Assembly (NCBI GenBank): GCA_001820875.1
Contig: MHRF01000010.1
Location: 3,371-67,370, forward strand
DNA length: 64,000 bases
Direction: 5' to 3'
DNA from: Candidatus Taylorbacteria bacterium RIFCSPHIGHO2_01_FULL_46_22b
Lineage (GTDB): Bacteria > Patescibacteriota > Minisyncoccia > Phycocordibacterales > DSPV01
The translations under genes were made by a program, and so were the position numbers. How positions within the stretch are numbered: the first letter of the stretch is position 1; each line of letters opens with the position of its first letter. Positions 39,054 through 48,616 of the stretch are shown here, piece after piece. The notes below the pieces were generated by a model. The model ran no database searches. It saw only the letters and a program-made list of their open reading frames with translations, and was not told the DNA's origin.

Positions 39054-41114
39054 GTGAAACATACGGTGAACTTCTTTGTCCCAAAAAAGTTGCGGATTTT
39101 AGTCGTCGTGGCGCTTATGTGTTTGCTCGCAGCGCCCGTTAATTTCCTGTTGTCTCCAAAAACGGCCGAGGCGCAAGGACTCGTTCCTACTGGAGACTGG
39201 CTCAACACAGTATTTCAGAGCATCACAAGCGCGGCGACCTATTATGAAGAGCTGAAAGAATCCGTTCTCGACGGTCTTGCGTGGTATGCGGCAAAAATAA
39301 TCATTGAACAAATGACCTCGGAACTCGTTAACTGGATCAATGGCGGAGGAAATGGCGATCCAGCATTTATCAGTGATCCTGCGGGATTCTTTTTGGGTGC
39401 AATTGAAGCGACTGCGGGAAATATTTTACACGACTCTCCACTTGGTTTTCTCTGCGATCCTTTAAAACCGTTTGAAGCGCAGATAAAAGTTACGTTAAGC
39501 AATCGCTATAATAAAAATACTTCGGGATCACTTAACAGAAAGAACTCTTCCTGCGGCATAGATGACATTAGGGATAATTTGTCGGGTTTTTACGCAGGCA
39601 ATAACAAAGGGAAAATAACCAGTTGGGACCAGTGGCTTTCCATTACCCAAATACCCTCAAACAATATTTATGGCGCAACAATCCAAGCAGAACTTGAAAT
39701 GGATGCAGCGATAGGAGGCACACAGTTTCTTAATAAGACAACTGCTGACTGGGGACAGGGATTCCAATCGCAGGGTGAATGTACGTTAGAGAGTGAGGAA
39801 ACGGGAGCATGTTTACAGTATGCAATCGTTACCCCCGGATCATTTATAAAAGATACGCTTACTAATCAACTCGGACTTAGTGGCGATTCCTTGGTGACAG
39901 CCGACGAGATCAGTGAAATTATCGGTGCGATAGTGACACAACTATTCAATAAAGTAGCTACGGGAGGGCTCGCAGGTCTCTCAAAAGGAGGCAACAGTGC
40001 GTATACCAATCAAATAAAGGTTGACAAAAACCCCGCAGCATCTGTTAAGGCAGACGGGAAAGTAACTAAACGAACCACGAACGGCAACGGTCAGCAGGTA
40101 GACGAAGATGTAGATACAACTGAATGGAACAACGCAAACAATGCGGTAAATACTGCAATAAGAAACGAATTTGACGTGCTGTACGAGGAAGAGAATGCGA
40201 GAGCGCAAGCAAATATCCCCACCGGTGGTGGATTTGCGATTGTGGGGACACAACAACCTCGACTCGATCTCCGGAATGCAACTGCTGACCAAATCTGTAC
40301 TGACGACTTCCCAGGTACCACCGGACTATTTATAGGTTCAGCTGACCAAGCGCTTGATGGTTCGGGTACCACTGCGTCGCTCGCTAATGGATGCACCGGC
40401 ACTCCTTACTGGTGGAATGTCACTATCCCAGCAGCAACCAAACTTGATAAAGTTGAAGTGCAAGTTAATAGTGGAAAATATGGACTTGCGGGATGGCCGC
40501 CAGCAGGAGGCGGGAACAACGCACCTCCTATAGGACCATTTCTCGCACTCTACCCTCAAAACACTGCTGGACAAACAACTATTGGGAGTTGGATTTGGAA
40601 TGCTTCAGCGGGACGTTTTGAAAAAAAGCTCACCTACACAGGAGCACTCATTCAAGAAGAGTTGCCGGAGGCCCTACGCAAGATACCTATTACCAAGATC
40701 CAAATTGAATCTAACCGACAAACGGGTGCAGACAGACCGGGCTTAAGTCTTTCAGAAGTCCGCGTCTTCCGCCATCTCCTCCCTGAAATTAATGCAAGTA
40801 AAGTTCCAACATCATTGACGCAAGTACAAGCAACAGACTTCGACCCGACACAAGCAGCGTGGATTACCGCTCAATACTATCCGCTCTATAGCAATCCTGC
40901 AGTACCGATTGATCAAGATAATATCCACGTGGTTATCACGGACACCGCCACTCAAACAGTGGTACAACCAACCAATACGGCCACAGGTACCTACACACTT
41001 CTTCCGGGTACCTATCAATTCTCATACACCGCGACATCACCTGCCTCTGACAATCAAACGAGCGAAACCGTGACTGGTACAGTGCGAGTTATCGCATCGC
41101 CAACAACTCCATAA
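39054..41114 (+). CDS. T4SS-locus secreted protein with variable beta-sandwich C-terminus
   Basis: Signal PKTAEAQ, VNWINGG.NGDPAF, TPGSFI...L...DEISEII; first large gene of the operon. Confidence 0.8.
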   Translation: MKHTVNFFVPKKLRILVVVALMCLLAAPVNFLLSPKTAEAQGLVPTGDWLNTVFQSITSAATYYEELKESVLDGLAWYAAKIIIEQMTSELVNWINGGGNGDPAFISDPAGFFLGAIEATAGNILHDSPLGFLCDPLKPFEAQIKVTLSNRYNKNTSGSLNRKNSSCGIDDIRDNLSGFYAGNNKGKITSWDQWLSITQIPSNNIYGATIQAELEMDAAIGGTQFLNKTTADWGQGFQSQGECTLESEETGACLQYAIVTPGSFIKDTLTNQLGLSGDSLVTADEISEIIGAIVTQLFNKVATGGLAGLSKGGNSAYTNQIKVDKNPAASVKADGKVTKRTTNGNGQQVDEDVDTTEWNNANNAVNTAIRNEFDVLYEEENARAQANIPTGGGFAIVGTQQPRLDLRNATADQICTDDFPGTTGLFIGSADQALDGSGTTASLANGCTGTPYWWNVTIPAATKLDKVEVQVNSGKYGLAGWPPAGGGNNAPPIGPFLALYPQNTAGQTTIGSWIWNASAGRFEKKLTYTGALIQEELPEALRKIPITKIQIESNRQTGADRPGLSLSEVRVFRHLLPEINASKVPTSLTQVQATDFDPTQAAWITAQYYPLYSNPAVPIDQDNIHVVITDTATQTVVQPTNTATGTYTLLPGTYQFSYTATSPASDNQTSETVTGTVRVIASPTTP

Positions 41115-41116
41115 CC

Positions 41117-44100
41117 ATGAAAAGATTCTTCTACAAAATAAACACCTTGCGATCCAAGATTACCTTGCGAAATGCCGTGGTTGTCGTGTTGTTACTTGCA
41201 CTTGTTTCTACCGTTGCACCACATCTGGAAGTAGGGACCGCACAAGCATTTACTGGATTCAGCCCCGCTTTAACTCAAGCTGTTGCAGGAGCAGTGGGGG
41301 CAGGCGCATCTGAAGTTGGCGAGAATGCCTCTATGTTAAGCAAGGTGTATGACGCCATCTCAACACTCACAAGTCCTCTAAACGCCCTGCAAACATTTTT
41401 CACTAAAGTTCTGGGGATTATTGTCCTCACTATTATGTCGCTCGTGGTCCGCATTTCTGCGGCCATTATGGAGGGTGCAATGTTTTTGACTGCCAACATG
41501 AGCGAAGTGCTTCGGGTTGTTCCCATGGTTGATATAGGATGGGCACTGTTCCGAGATCTTGCAAACATGGTATTCATATTCATCCTTCTCTACATCGCCA
41601 TCGCCACCATTTTGAACACTGAAACAAACACACGACAAATGCTTGTTGACGTGATCATTACAGCACTCCTCATCAACTTCTCACTCTTTCTCACCAAAGC
41701 AATGGTAGACGGTTCAAACATCGTTGCACTGATGTATTACAATAAAATGAACGCTGTCCAACCAGTAGGGGGAATAGCTCGAGCCTCGCAAGAAACCACC
41801 GTGAAGCTTTTTGGACAAGAGTTAGGAGGCCAGCTTTCTCACGGTCCGACACTGATACTAATAGATGCGCTCGGTATCGCAACATTCTACGATCCAGACG
41901 CTTTCAAACAAGCAGCCGCAACATCACAAACAAATCTCACCGAGGGATGGAATCAGTTCCTTCGGGCGGCAGGAGGAACTCCTGATGCACCGTACACGGA
42001 ACTTGCACGAGTTCTACTCGGAGCTGTATTGATGCTCATTGTTGCATTTGTGTTTGCAACTGCCGGTTTATTGTTGATCATCCGTATTATTGTACTTATG
42101 TTTTTGATGATGCTCGCTCCTCTGGCATTTGTCGCACGCATATTGCCACAAGCCAAAGGACAATGGGAAAAATGGTGGAGCACGTTAATGGCAAACCTTA
42201 TTTGGGCACCAATCTATTTTGCCATGCTGTATGTAATTCTCACCGCCATCAGAGGATTAAATCGAAGCGGCACACTTGCTGGCGGACTGGGGGGGCTTGA
42301 ATCAGATATGGGAAATCTCTTGGGGTACATCTTCATTATCGTTCTCCTCTCAATGACCATCATTATTGCCAAGCAACTCGGACTTCACGGGGGAGAGATG
42401 GTGCACAAATGGTCTGAAAATGCAGCTAAGTGGGCACGTGAAAAGGTTCGACAAGGTCAAGGAGTTGTCGGACGTCACACCATTGGACGTGCAGCTCGAT
42501 ATACAGAGGAAGCTGCTCATGAATCGCCATTCTGGAATAGCGTGGTGGGATCAAAGATTCGTGAATTTACTACACAACCCCTTGCAGATGCAAAGTTTGG
42601 CGGAACAATGTCCGCATGGCAAATGAAGGAAAAGGATAAGGTCCGCCAAACCGGTCAAGTAGAGGCCGAGCGTCTGCAAAAGTTCATGCATGAAGCCGAA
42701 AAAGGAGACGCCGCCAATCCACATGTGCTAGAAGACTTGGCTATCCGATTGGCCCCCCAAACACTTGCCCACACTGATATGAGATTCCTAAGGAAACTGC
42801 CTATCGGCATACTTCCCGACACACACTTCCAAGCGCTTATGGCATCGGATAAGGTACAAAAGGATAAAGACGAGCTCGCTCGCCTACGTCTCAAGCCTAT
42901 GCAGCTTGTTCGGGACAAAGTCAGAGCTCAAACGCTTGCCACTATTATGCTTCAACAACATCCCGAGTTAAAAGACACTTATTTCGAGGCGGACGGACTG
43001 AAGCTATTCAAGAAAAAAGACTTATTGGATGCAAAGCTTGCGGAAGGGAAGGCACTCGCAGATCTTCCTGTTGAAGAAAGACTGTCACCAGCAGAAGAAA
43101 CCTTACTTGCCGAAATGAAATCAAGAGGTATTTCGTGGTCAGCAAAAGAAGAAAAAGCATTTGATCCTGCGTTCGAATTTATACGTGCCAAAAATCCAAA
43201 AGAACTTGGGCAGTTAAACCGTGTCGATCCAGACGCTATAAATGAGCTGGCACCTATCTTAAATTGGTCCCAGTTAGATCCTTTGCGTAAAAGCGACGAC
43301 ATTACCTTCAAACAACGCAACGGACGTGATGGGGGACAATTGCGCGATTACAAGGATCGAATGTTGCTTGATGCGTTAGCCATCGAATATGGGGTATCCC
43401 TCACTGATGCTAACGGAAAACTACGTACGCTTGAAGAGCGCTACGACGATTTTATGAAAGTAAACGGTCTGCTCCGCAAGAAAGTGCGCCAGTTTGGGGT
43501 TGAGTCGATTGAAAATGCGGCGCACTCAAAACACAGCGAATATACCCAAAAAGACATCGATCTGTGGGGTAAATTGAAAGCAATAAGCCCTGCACAAAGA
43601 GATATTGCCCGCCACCTGTTTGAGCAACACCACGAGGGACGGAGTGACTCGGAGCTTACTAAGGGGCGTACTTATCAGCGAAATGACGCAATTAACTTTG
43701 CATCACTCGGAGCTGGTTCAGTACCTTTCCTCATAGATCGAGACAACGACAAGAAAGAGGAACAGGGAGGACAACTGCTAACAGCTATTGCAGAAGATAA
43801 TTTGACGGAACAAAACAAGGAATTCCTTGCCAAGGTGTGGTGGGATCGCGATGCAGATAAATACCTGAAAAATTGGGAGGAGATTGCTCGACGGAATGGG
43901 TGGGAAAACAATGAAAGAGTCAAACTCGCGTTAAAATGGAAAAATGAGGGGGAAGCAGGCAAGAAAAAGTTTAAAGAAGCGGTTAAAGCCATTAAGCATA
44001 CGGATTTCTTTGCGGGTTCAACAACAACCGGAGGAACTAAGTGGGATGAGTTAATTGCAGAGGATGCACCGGCAACTGGAGGCGCAGGAGGCAGGGGAGG

Positions 44101-44254
44101 AGCTGCTGCAGCGCCAGCCGGGAGACCGAGAGTGGCTCCGCCAGCATCAGGGACACCACCACTGCGCGTAAACCGAGGAGGACAAAGTGGAGCAAACCAG
44201 CAAGGACAACAAAATCAATCGGGTCAAAATCCGACTGGAACAAATAATCCTTAA
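41117..44254 (+). CDS. VirB6/TrbL-like polytopic protein with long C-terminal extension
   Basis: GWALFRDLANMVFIFILLYIAI, ALLINFSLF, RIIVL..L..LAPLAF....LP......W..WW. Confidence 0.8.
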   Translation: MKRFFYKINTLRSKITLRNAVVVVLLLALVSTVAPHLEVGTAQAFTGFSPALTQAVAGAVGAGASEVGENASMLSKVYDAISTLTSPLNALQTFFTKVLGIIVLTIMSLVVRISAAIMEGAMFLTANMSEVLRVVPMVDIGWALFRDLANMVFIFILLYIAIATILNTETNTRQMLVDVIITALLINFSLFLTKAMVDGSNIVALMYYNKMNAVQPVGGIARASQETTVKLFGQELGGQLSHGPTLILIDALGIATFYDPDAFKQAAATSQTNLTEGWNQFLRAAGGTPDAPYTELARVLLGAVLMLIVAFVFATAGLLLIIRIIVLMFLMMLAPLAFVARILPQAKGQWEKWWSTLMANLIWAPIYFAMLYVILTAIRGLNRSGTLAGGLGGLESDMGNLLGYIFIIVLLSMTIIIAKQLGLHGGEMVHKWSENAAKWAREKVRQGQGVVGRHTIGRAARYTEEAAHESPFWNSVVGSKIREFTTQPLADAKFGGTMSAWQMKEKDKVRQTGQVEAERLQKFMHEAEKGDAANPHVLEDLAIRLAPQTLAHTDMRFLRKLPIGILPDTHFQALMASDKVQKDKDELARLRLKPMQLVRDKVRAQTLATIMLQQHPELKDTYFEADGLKLFKKKDLLDAKLAEGKALADLPVEERLSPAEETLLAEMKSRGISWSAKEEKAFDPAFEFIRAKNPKELGQLNRVDPDAINELAPILNWSQLDPLRKSDDITFKQRNGRDGGQLRDYKDRMLLDALAIEYGVSLTDANGKLRTLEERYDDFMKVNGLLRKKVRQFGVESIENAAHSKHSEYTQKDIDLWGKLKAISPAQRDIARHLFEQHHEGRSDSELTKGRTYQRNDAINFASLGAGSVPFLIDRDNDKKEEQGGQLLTAIAEDNLTEQNKEFLAKVWWDRDADKYLKNWEEIARRNGWENNERVKLALKWKNEGEAGKKKFKEAVKAIKHTDFFAGSTTTGGTKWDELIAEDAPATGGAGGRGGAAAAPAGRPRVAPPASGTPPLRVNRGGQSGANQQGQQNQSGQNPTGTNNP

Positions 44255-44259
44255 AAACC

Positions 44260-45207
44260 ATGGATGCTGAAAAACGAAAATTACTGGACGAAAAATTCTA
44301 CTTGCTTGCAAAACCCTTGCAGGACGTGATTCTTGATGAAGACGAGAAACTAGAAACTACAGTTGATCTCATAGTACAGAAGTACAAACTTGAACTCGAT
44401 ACTGCACGAATACTGGACGATGAAATCGTTATGGTACTTGGTGGATTTACCAACCCTAAGGACTTTATACGAGCACTTAGTGGAAAACTTGGGACAGATG
44501 CAAGTAAAGCACCCGCAATTGCGCAAGAGATAAACGAAAAAATATTCCGCGCGGTCAAAGACGACCTGCAAAATCTCTATGGACTTCCTATCCCGAAACA
44601 ACCTCAACAAAAACCTTCGCTTGCCACCGAACTTGAAGAAGATGTTGGGCTACGAAAACAACTAGAGCAGGCAAAATCTGCTGAACAGAAACGACCTCTG
44701 TCGGCAGTGTTACAAGATGCGTTACGTGCAGGAGGAAAAGAGACTGAATCTGGAATAACGAATAATGAATTTAGGGAAGAGCAAAATTCAAAATTCAAAA
44801 TTCAAAATTCTGCTAATGAAATTGAACCTCTGCGTACTATGGAACGTGATATGGAATCCGTACGGCATACTGGAACTTCCCGTCCAAGACCAGCGTTTAT
44901 ACCTCCAACTCCAAGAGACAGAGAATCTGGAATAACGAATAATGAATTTAGGGAAGAGCAACTAAAAGAAGAGAAGCCTCCGGTCCCACCAAAACCCCCA
45001 GCTTCTACACCCTTTACCCAAAGCCCAAGACTTCCAGTCCCTCCGCCACCACGTGCACCGAGACAAGAACCCGCCGAAGAGCCCGAGGAGCAACTGAGTC
45101 GCGAAGATATCTTGCGTGGCATTGAAGATCCATCGAGTATTCCACGCGACCGTACCAATAACTCGCCGGTGTACAACGCGGATCCGTATAGAGAACCCAC
45201 AGAGTAG
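44260..45207 (+). CDS. Hypothetical protein, Pro-rich, ending in DPYREP
   Basis: Helical N-domain (EINEKIF), LRTMERD motif, internal heptamer-repeat insertions. Confidence 0.85.
   Translation: MDAEKRKLLDEKFYLLAKPLQDVILDEDEKLETTVDLIVQKYKLELDTARILDDEIVMVLGGFTNPKDFIRALSGKLGTDASKAPAIAQEINEKIFRAVKDDLQNLYGLPIPKQPQQKPSLATELEEDVGLRKQLEQAKSAEQKRPLSAVLQDALRAGGKETESGITNNEFREEQNSKFKIQNSANEIEPLRTMERDMESVRHTGTSRPRPAFIPPTPRDRESGITNNEFREEQLKEEKPPVPPKPPASTPFTQSPRLPVPPPPRAPRQEPAEEPEEQLSREDILRGIEDPSSIPRDRTNNSPVYNADPYREPTE
44746..44961 (+). repeat. 39-bp direct repeat and (CAAAATT)4 inside the CDS
   Basis: GAATCTGGAATAACGAATAATGAATTTAGGGAAGAGCAA at 44746 and 44923; CAAAATT x4 at 44782-44809. Confidence 0.9.
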
Positions 45208-45211
45208 GGGG

Positions 45212-45295
45212 AAGCGAAGAGCGACTAGCGAGCAGAAAAGTTAGTTGTTACACTTGGTAGTACTATTCGCTAATCGCTTTTCACTTGTCGCTACG
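45212..45295. repeat. Inverted heptamer arrays (nAGCGAn / nTCGCTn) without cargo
   Basis: AAGCGAA GAGCGAC TAGCGAG ... CTATTCG CTAATCG CTTTTCA CTTGTCG CTA. Confidence 0.8.
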
Positions 45296-45297
45296 TT

Positions 45298-45705
45298 ATG
45301 CGCTTTCAAGTCCCACAATTTATTGAGATAGAAGATAAGGTATTTGGACCATTTACCTTTAAGCAATTCGTATATATCGCCGGCGGAACAGGTATCTGCT
45401 TTCTGCTCTTATATACACTGCCGAGATTTCTCGCGATCATAGCGGTTATCCCTGTCGCCGCACTTTCCCTTGCGCTCGCCTTTTACCGAATAAACAACAA
45501 ACCGTTCGTGCAAATGGTGGAAGCTTTCTTCAGATACATTATCGGCACACGTCTCTATTTGTGGCACAGAACAGATAAACAAGTAACCGGAAAAGCACCG
45601 CTCGCTCGGCAATACGAACAAATAAAAATCCCTACGCTCGAAGGAAGCAAACTAAAAGATATTCAGTGGAGTTTGGGAGTGAAGAAAGATGGAGTTAGCG
45701 AATAG
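45298..45705 (+). CDS. PrgI-family (VirB3-like) protein
   Basis: FQVPQFIEIEDKVFGPFTFKQF, two TMs, INNKPF. Confidence 0.9.
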   Translation: MRFQVPQFIEIEDKVFGPFTFKQFVYIAGGTGICFLLLYTLPRFLAIIAVIPVAALSLALAFYRINNKPFVQMVEAFFRYIIGTRLYLWHRTDKQVTGKAPLARQYEQIKIPTLEGSKLKDIQWSLGVKKDGVSE

Positions 45706-46125
45706 CGAAAAGCGATTAGAGAGCAAAAATACTGAAAAATGTGCCGAAACTAAAGACATACAAGGAGTTAATCGTATGGCAGAAATCAGTGACAATTGTT
45801 GAACATGTGTATACACTCACCAAAAACTTCCCTAAGGATGAAATATACGGACTGACTAGCCAGATGAGACGAGCGGCAATTTCTATACCATCTAATATCG
45901 CGGAGGGATGGTCGCGAGAAACTCGAGGAGATTTTGCCTATTTCTTGAGAATCGCCCGCGGATCTAGTTCAGAACTCGAAACTCAACTAGAAATTAGCCA
46001 GCGATTAACGCTTATAACCGATACACGTTATAATGAAGTGAGTGAATTGCTTTCTGAAGTATCACGCATGTTGAATGCAATCTTGCGTAAATTACCTAAT
46101 CGCTAATCGCTTTTCGCTTTTTCCC
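45694..46125 (+). mobile_element. Four-helix-bundle cassette bounded by inverted heptamer arrays
   Basis: Left arm TAGCGAA TAGCGAA AAGCGAT TAGAGAG; right arm CTAATCG CTAATCG CTTTTCG CTTTTTC. Confidence 0.6.
45741..46106 (+). CDS. Four helix bundle protein (23S rRNA IVP-like)
   Basis: YKELIVWQKS, FPKDEIYGLTSQMRRAAISIPSNIAEG, IARGSSSELETQL. Confidence 0.95.
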   Translation: MPKLKTYKELIVWQKSVTIVEHVYTLTKNFPKDEIYGLTSQMRRAAISIPSNIAEGWSRETRGDFAYFLRIARGSSSELETQLEISQRLTLITDTRYNEVSELLSEVSRMLNAILRKLPNR

Positions 46126-46126
46126 T

Positions 46127-46774
46127 ATGGCAGCATCTTCAAAATCATCACAGGAGTTTGTCCCCGTTAAAGAAGTTCGAGACGGCGTATTGGTCCTGCA
46201 GGATAATTCACTCCGAGCGGTTCTGATGGTTTCCTCTATTAATTTTGCTCTCCAATCGGAAGAAAGCCAGACGGCTATCGTGGCTCAATTCCAAAATTTC
46301 CTAAACTCCCTAGACTTTTCTGTCGAAATTTCCATGCAGTCCCGAAAGATGGATATAAAACCTTACCTTTCTCTCCTTGAGGAACGGTACCAGAAGCAAC
46401 AGAGCGAGCTTATGAAAATACAAACTCGAGAGTATATAGAGTTCATCAAAACCTTTACAGACAATACAAATATTATGACGAAGACATTCTTCATAACTGT
46501 CCCGTATGGTGCAACCATGGTTTCGCTCAAGAAAAACCCTCTGGAAACAATCAGCGGGTTTGTAAGAAAATCTGATACATCTAAAAAAACCAAAGGGGAA
46601 GTTGATGAATTCGAGGAACACAAAGAACAATTGCAACAACGTCTTGCGGTAGTAGAACAAGGGTTAGTCCGATGCGGTCTTAAAACCGCTCGGCTCGGAT
46701 CAGAAGAACTTATCGAACTCTTTTACAGACTTTTCAACCCCGGAGAGGCACAACAGCGAATACCGACTTCATAA
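46127..46774 (+). CDS. T4SS-locus protein resembling a stand-alone VirB4/TraC N-terminal region
   Basis: EVRDGVL, VSSINFALQSEE, FLNSLDF, ELFYRLFNP; lies between prgI and virB4. Confidence 0.7.
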   Translation: MAASSKSSQEFVPVKEVRDGVLVLQDNSLRAVLMVSSINFALQSEESQTAIVAQFQNFLNSLDFSVEISMQSRKMDIKPYLSLLEERYQKQQSELMKIQTREYIEFIKTFTDNTNIMTKTFFITVPYGATMVSLKKNPLETISGFVRKSDTSKKTKGEVDEFEEHKEQLQQRLAVVEQGLVRCGLKTARLGSEELIELFYRLFNPGEAQQRIPTS

Positions 46775-46780
46775 AAATTT

Positions 46781-48610
46781 ATGGGCATTTTTGACTTTTT
46801 AAAAAAGAAAGAGCAGGCACTACCGTCGATTCTCCCTGGGGAAATCTATGAGGCAGCTTCGCTTGAACTCAAAGATATTATCGCTCCGGGGGCACTCAAA
46901 ATCAGTCCTCGTCAGCTAAACTTGGGGGAGAAAATAGCACGAACATTCTTTGTGGTTTCCTATCCGCGTTATCTCAATGACAACTGGTTCTCACCGGTCA
47001 TCAACCTCGACAAAGTATTTGACATCGCTATCCACGTACATCCGATAGACACTTCGACAATTCTCCGAACATTCCAAAAGAAGGTGGCCGAGGTACAAAG
47101 CCAAATCTCCATGCGCGAAGACAAGGGGTTGGTGCGCGATCCCAAACTCGACACGGCTTACCAAGATCTGGAACAGTTGCGAGATTCGCTCCAGCAAGCG
47201 CAGGAAAAACTATTTGAAGTCGGATTGTATGTCACTCTGTATGGAAGTACCGAGGAGGAATTGACCAAATTGGAAACCGAAATAAAAACCATGCTCGACG
47301 CACGCCTAGTGTATCTAAAACCCGCGCTCTTTCAGCAAGAACAAGGTTTTATAAGCACGGTGCCCTTGGGGGACGACCAACTGCTGGTACACAACAAACT
47401 CAACACGTCTCCGCTATCAAGTATTTTCCCTTTTGTATCGTTCGACCTCACGTCAGACAAAGGAATATTGTATGGTATCAATCGACATAACGCCTCTCTC
47501 GTGCTGTTCGATCGATTTTCACTTGAGAACTACAACTCAATCACATTCGCGAAATCCGGATCAGGAAAATCGTACGCAACCAAACTTGAAATCTTACGCA
47601 CACTTATGTTTGATGCTGATGTGATTGTCATCGATCCCGAACGCGAGTATGAACACCTTGCGGAAGTTACCGGCGGGAAATATTTCAATATTTCGCTCAA
47701 TTCAGAACATCACATAAATCCCTTCGATCTTCCACCCACACGGGAAGGGGAATCGGCGGCAGACGTACTTCGATCAAACATAATCAACCTTGTCGGCCTG
47801 TTTCGAATCATGCTCGGCGGGCTTTCGCCTGAAGAAGATGCGCTGATTGATCGCGCGATTACCGAAACATACGCCCTGAAAGATATTACTCCTGACAGTG
47901 ATTTCTCAAAAATGTCCGCGCCATTGATGTCAGATTTTGAAATGGTACTTTCCGGTATGGACGGTAGCACATCACTCGTGCAGAAACTTTCGAAGTACAC
48001 CAAGGGTACGTGGTCAGGTTTCATCAACCAACCGTCAAACGTCAATATCAATGATCGGTTTATTGTATTCTCCGTGCGAGATATGGAAGACGAACTTAAA
48101 CCAGTCGCCATGTACATTGTCATGCACTTTATTTGGAATGCAATTAGACAGAATCTCCGCAAGCGCCTCCTCGTCATCGACGAAGCATGGTGGATGATGA
48201 AATCAGAAGACACTGCTTCGTTTCTTTTGTCGCTTGCGAAACGTGGGCGCAAATATTTTTTGGGACTTGCCACTATCACTCAAGATGTTGATGATTTCCT
48301 CCGATCCCCCTACGGCCTCCCGATACTCACCAACTCATCAATTCAGATGCTCCTGAAACAATCACCGACCTCTATTGAACGCATCAAAGAAGTGTTTAGT
48401 CTTACCGACGAAGAAAAATACCTTCTGCTTGAATCGGATGTCGGAGAGGGAATCTTCTTTGTTGGACTCAAACATGTAGCCATAAAAATAATCGCATCAT
48501 ACACCGAAGATCAAATCATCACCTCTGATCCTTCACAACTCTTGGCAATTAAAAAAGCAAAAAAAGAGTTTCTTGCACAAGGAGGAGATAGCGGTACTCC
48601 TCTCAATTAA
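46781..48610 (+). CDS. virB4: VirB4-like ATPase
   Basis: LYGIN, AKSGSGKS Walker A, VIDPEREY, INPFDL, LLVIDEAW, KRGRKY, ITQDVDDF. Confidence 0.9.
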   Translation: MGIFDFLKKKEQALPSILPGEIYEAASLELKDIIAPGALKISPRQLNLGEKIARTFFVVSYPRYLNDNWFSPVINLDKVFDIAIHVHPIDTSTILRTFQKKVAEVQSQISMREDKGLVRDPKLDTAYQDLEQLRDSLQQAQEKLFEVGLYVTLYGSTEEELTKLETEIKTMLDARLVYLKPALFQQEQGFISTVPLGDDQLLVHNKLNTSPLSSIFPFVSFDLTSDKGILYGINRHNASLVLFDRFSLENYNSITFAKSGSGKSYATKLEILRTLMFDADVIVIDPEREYEHLAEVTGGKYFNISLNSEHHINPFDLPPTREGESAADVLRSNIINLVGLFRIMLGGLSPEEDALIDRAITETYALKDITPDSDFSKMSAPLMSDFEMVLSGMDGSTSLVQKLSKYTKGTWSGFINQPSNVNINDRFIVFSVRDMEDELKPVAMYIVMHFIWNAIRQNLRKRLLVIDEAWWMMKSEDTASFLLSLAKRGRKYFLGLATITQDVDDFLRSPYGLPILTNSSIQMLLKQSPTSIERIKEVFSLTDEEKYLLLESDVGEGIFFVGLKHVAIKIIASYTEDQIITSDPSQLLAIKKAKKEFLAQGGDSGTPLN

Positions 48611-48616
48611 TCAACC

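Noticed and set aside
45741-46106. Diversity-generating retroelement (Avd-like protein)
   Set aside because: No reverse transcriptase and no TR/VR pair; the hppA duplicate differs at synonymous sites, not specifically adenines
44746-46125. CRISPR array
   Set aside because: Repeats are 7-mers or a single pair, with no regular spacers and no cas genes
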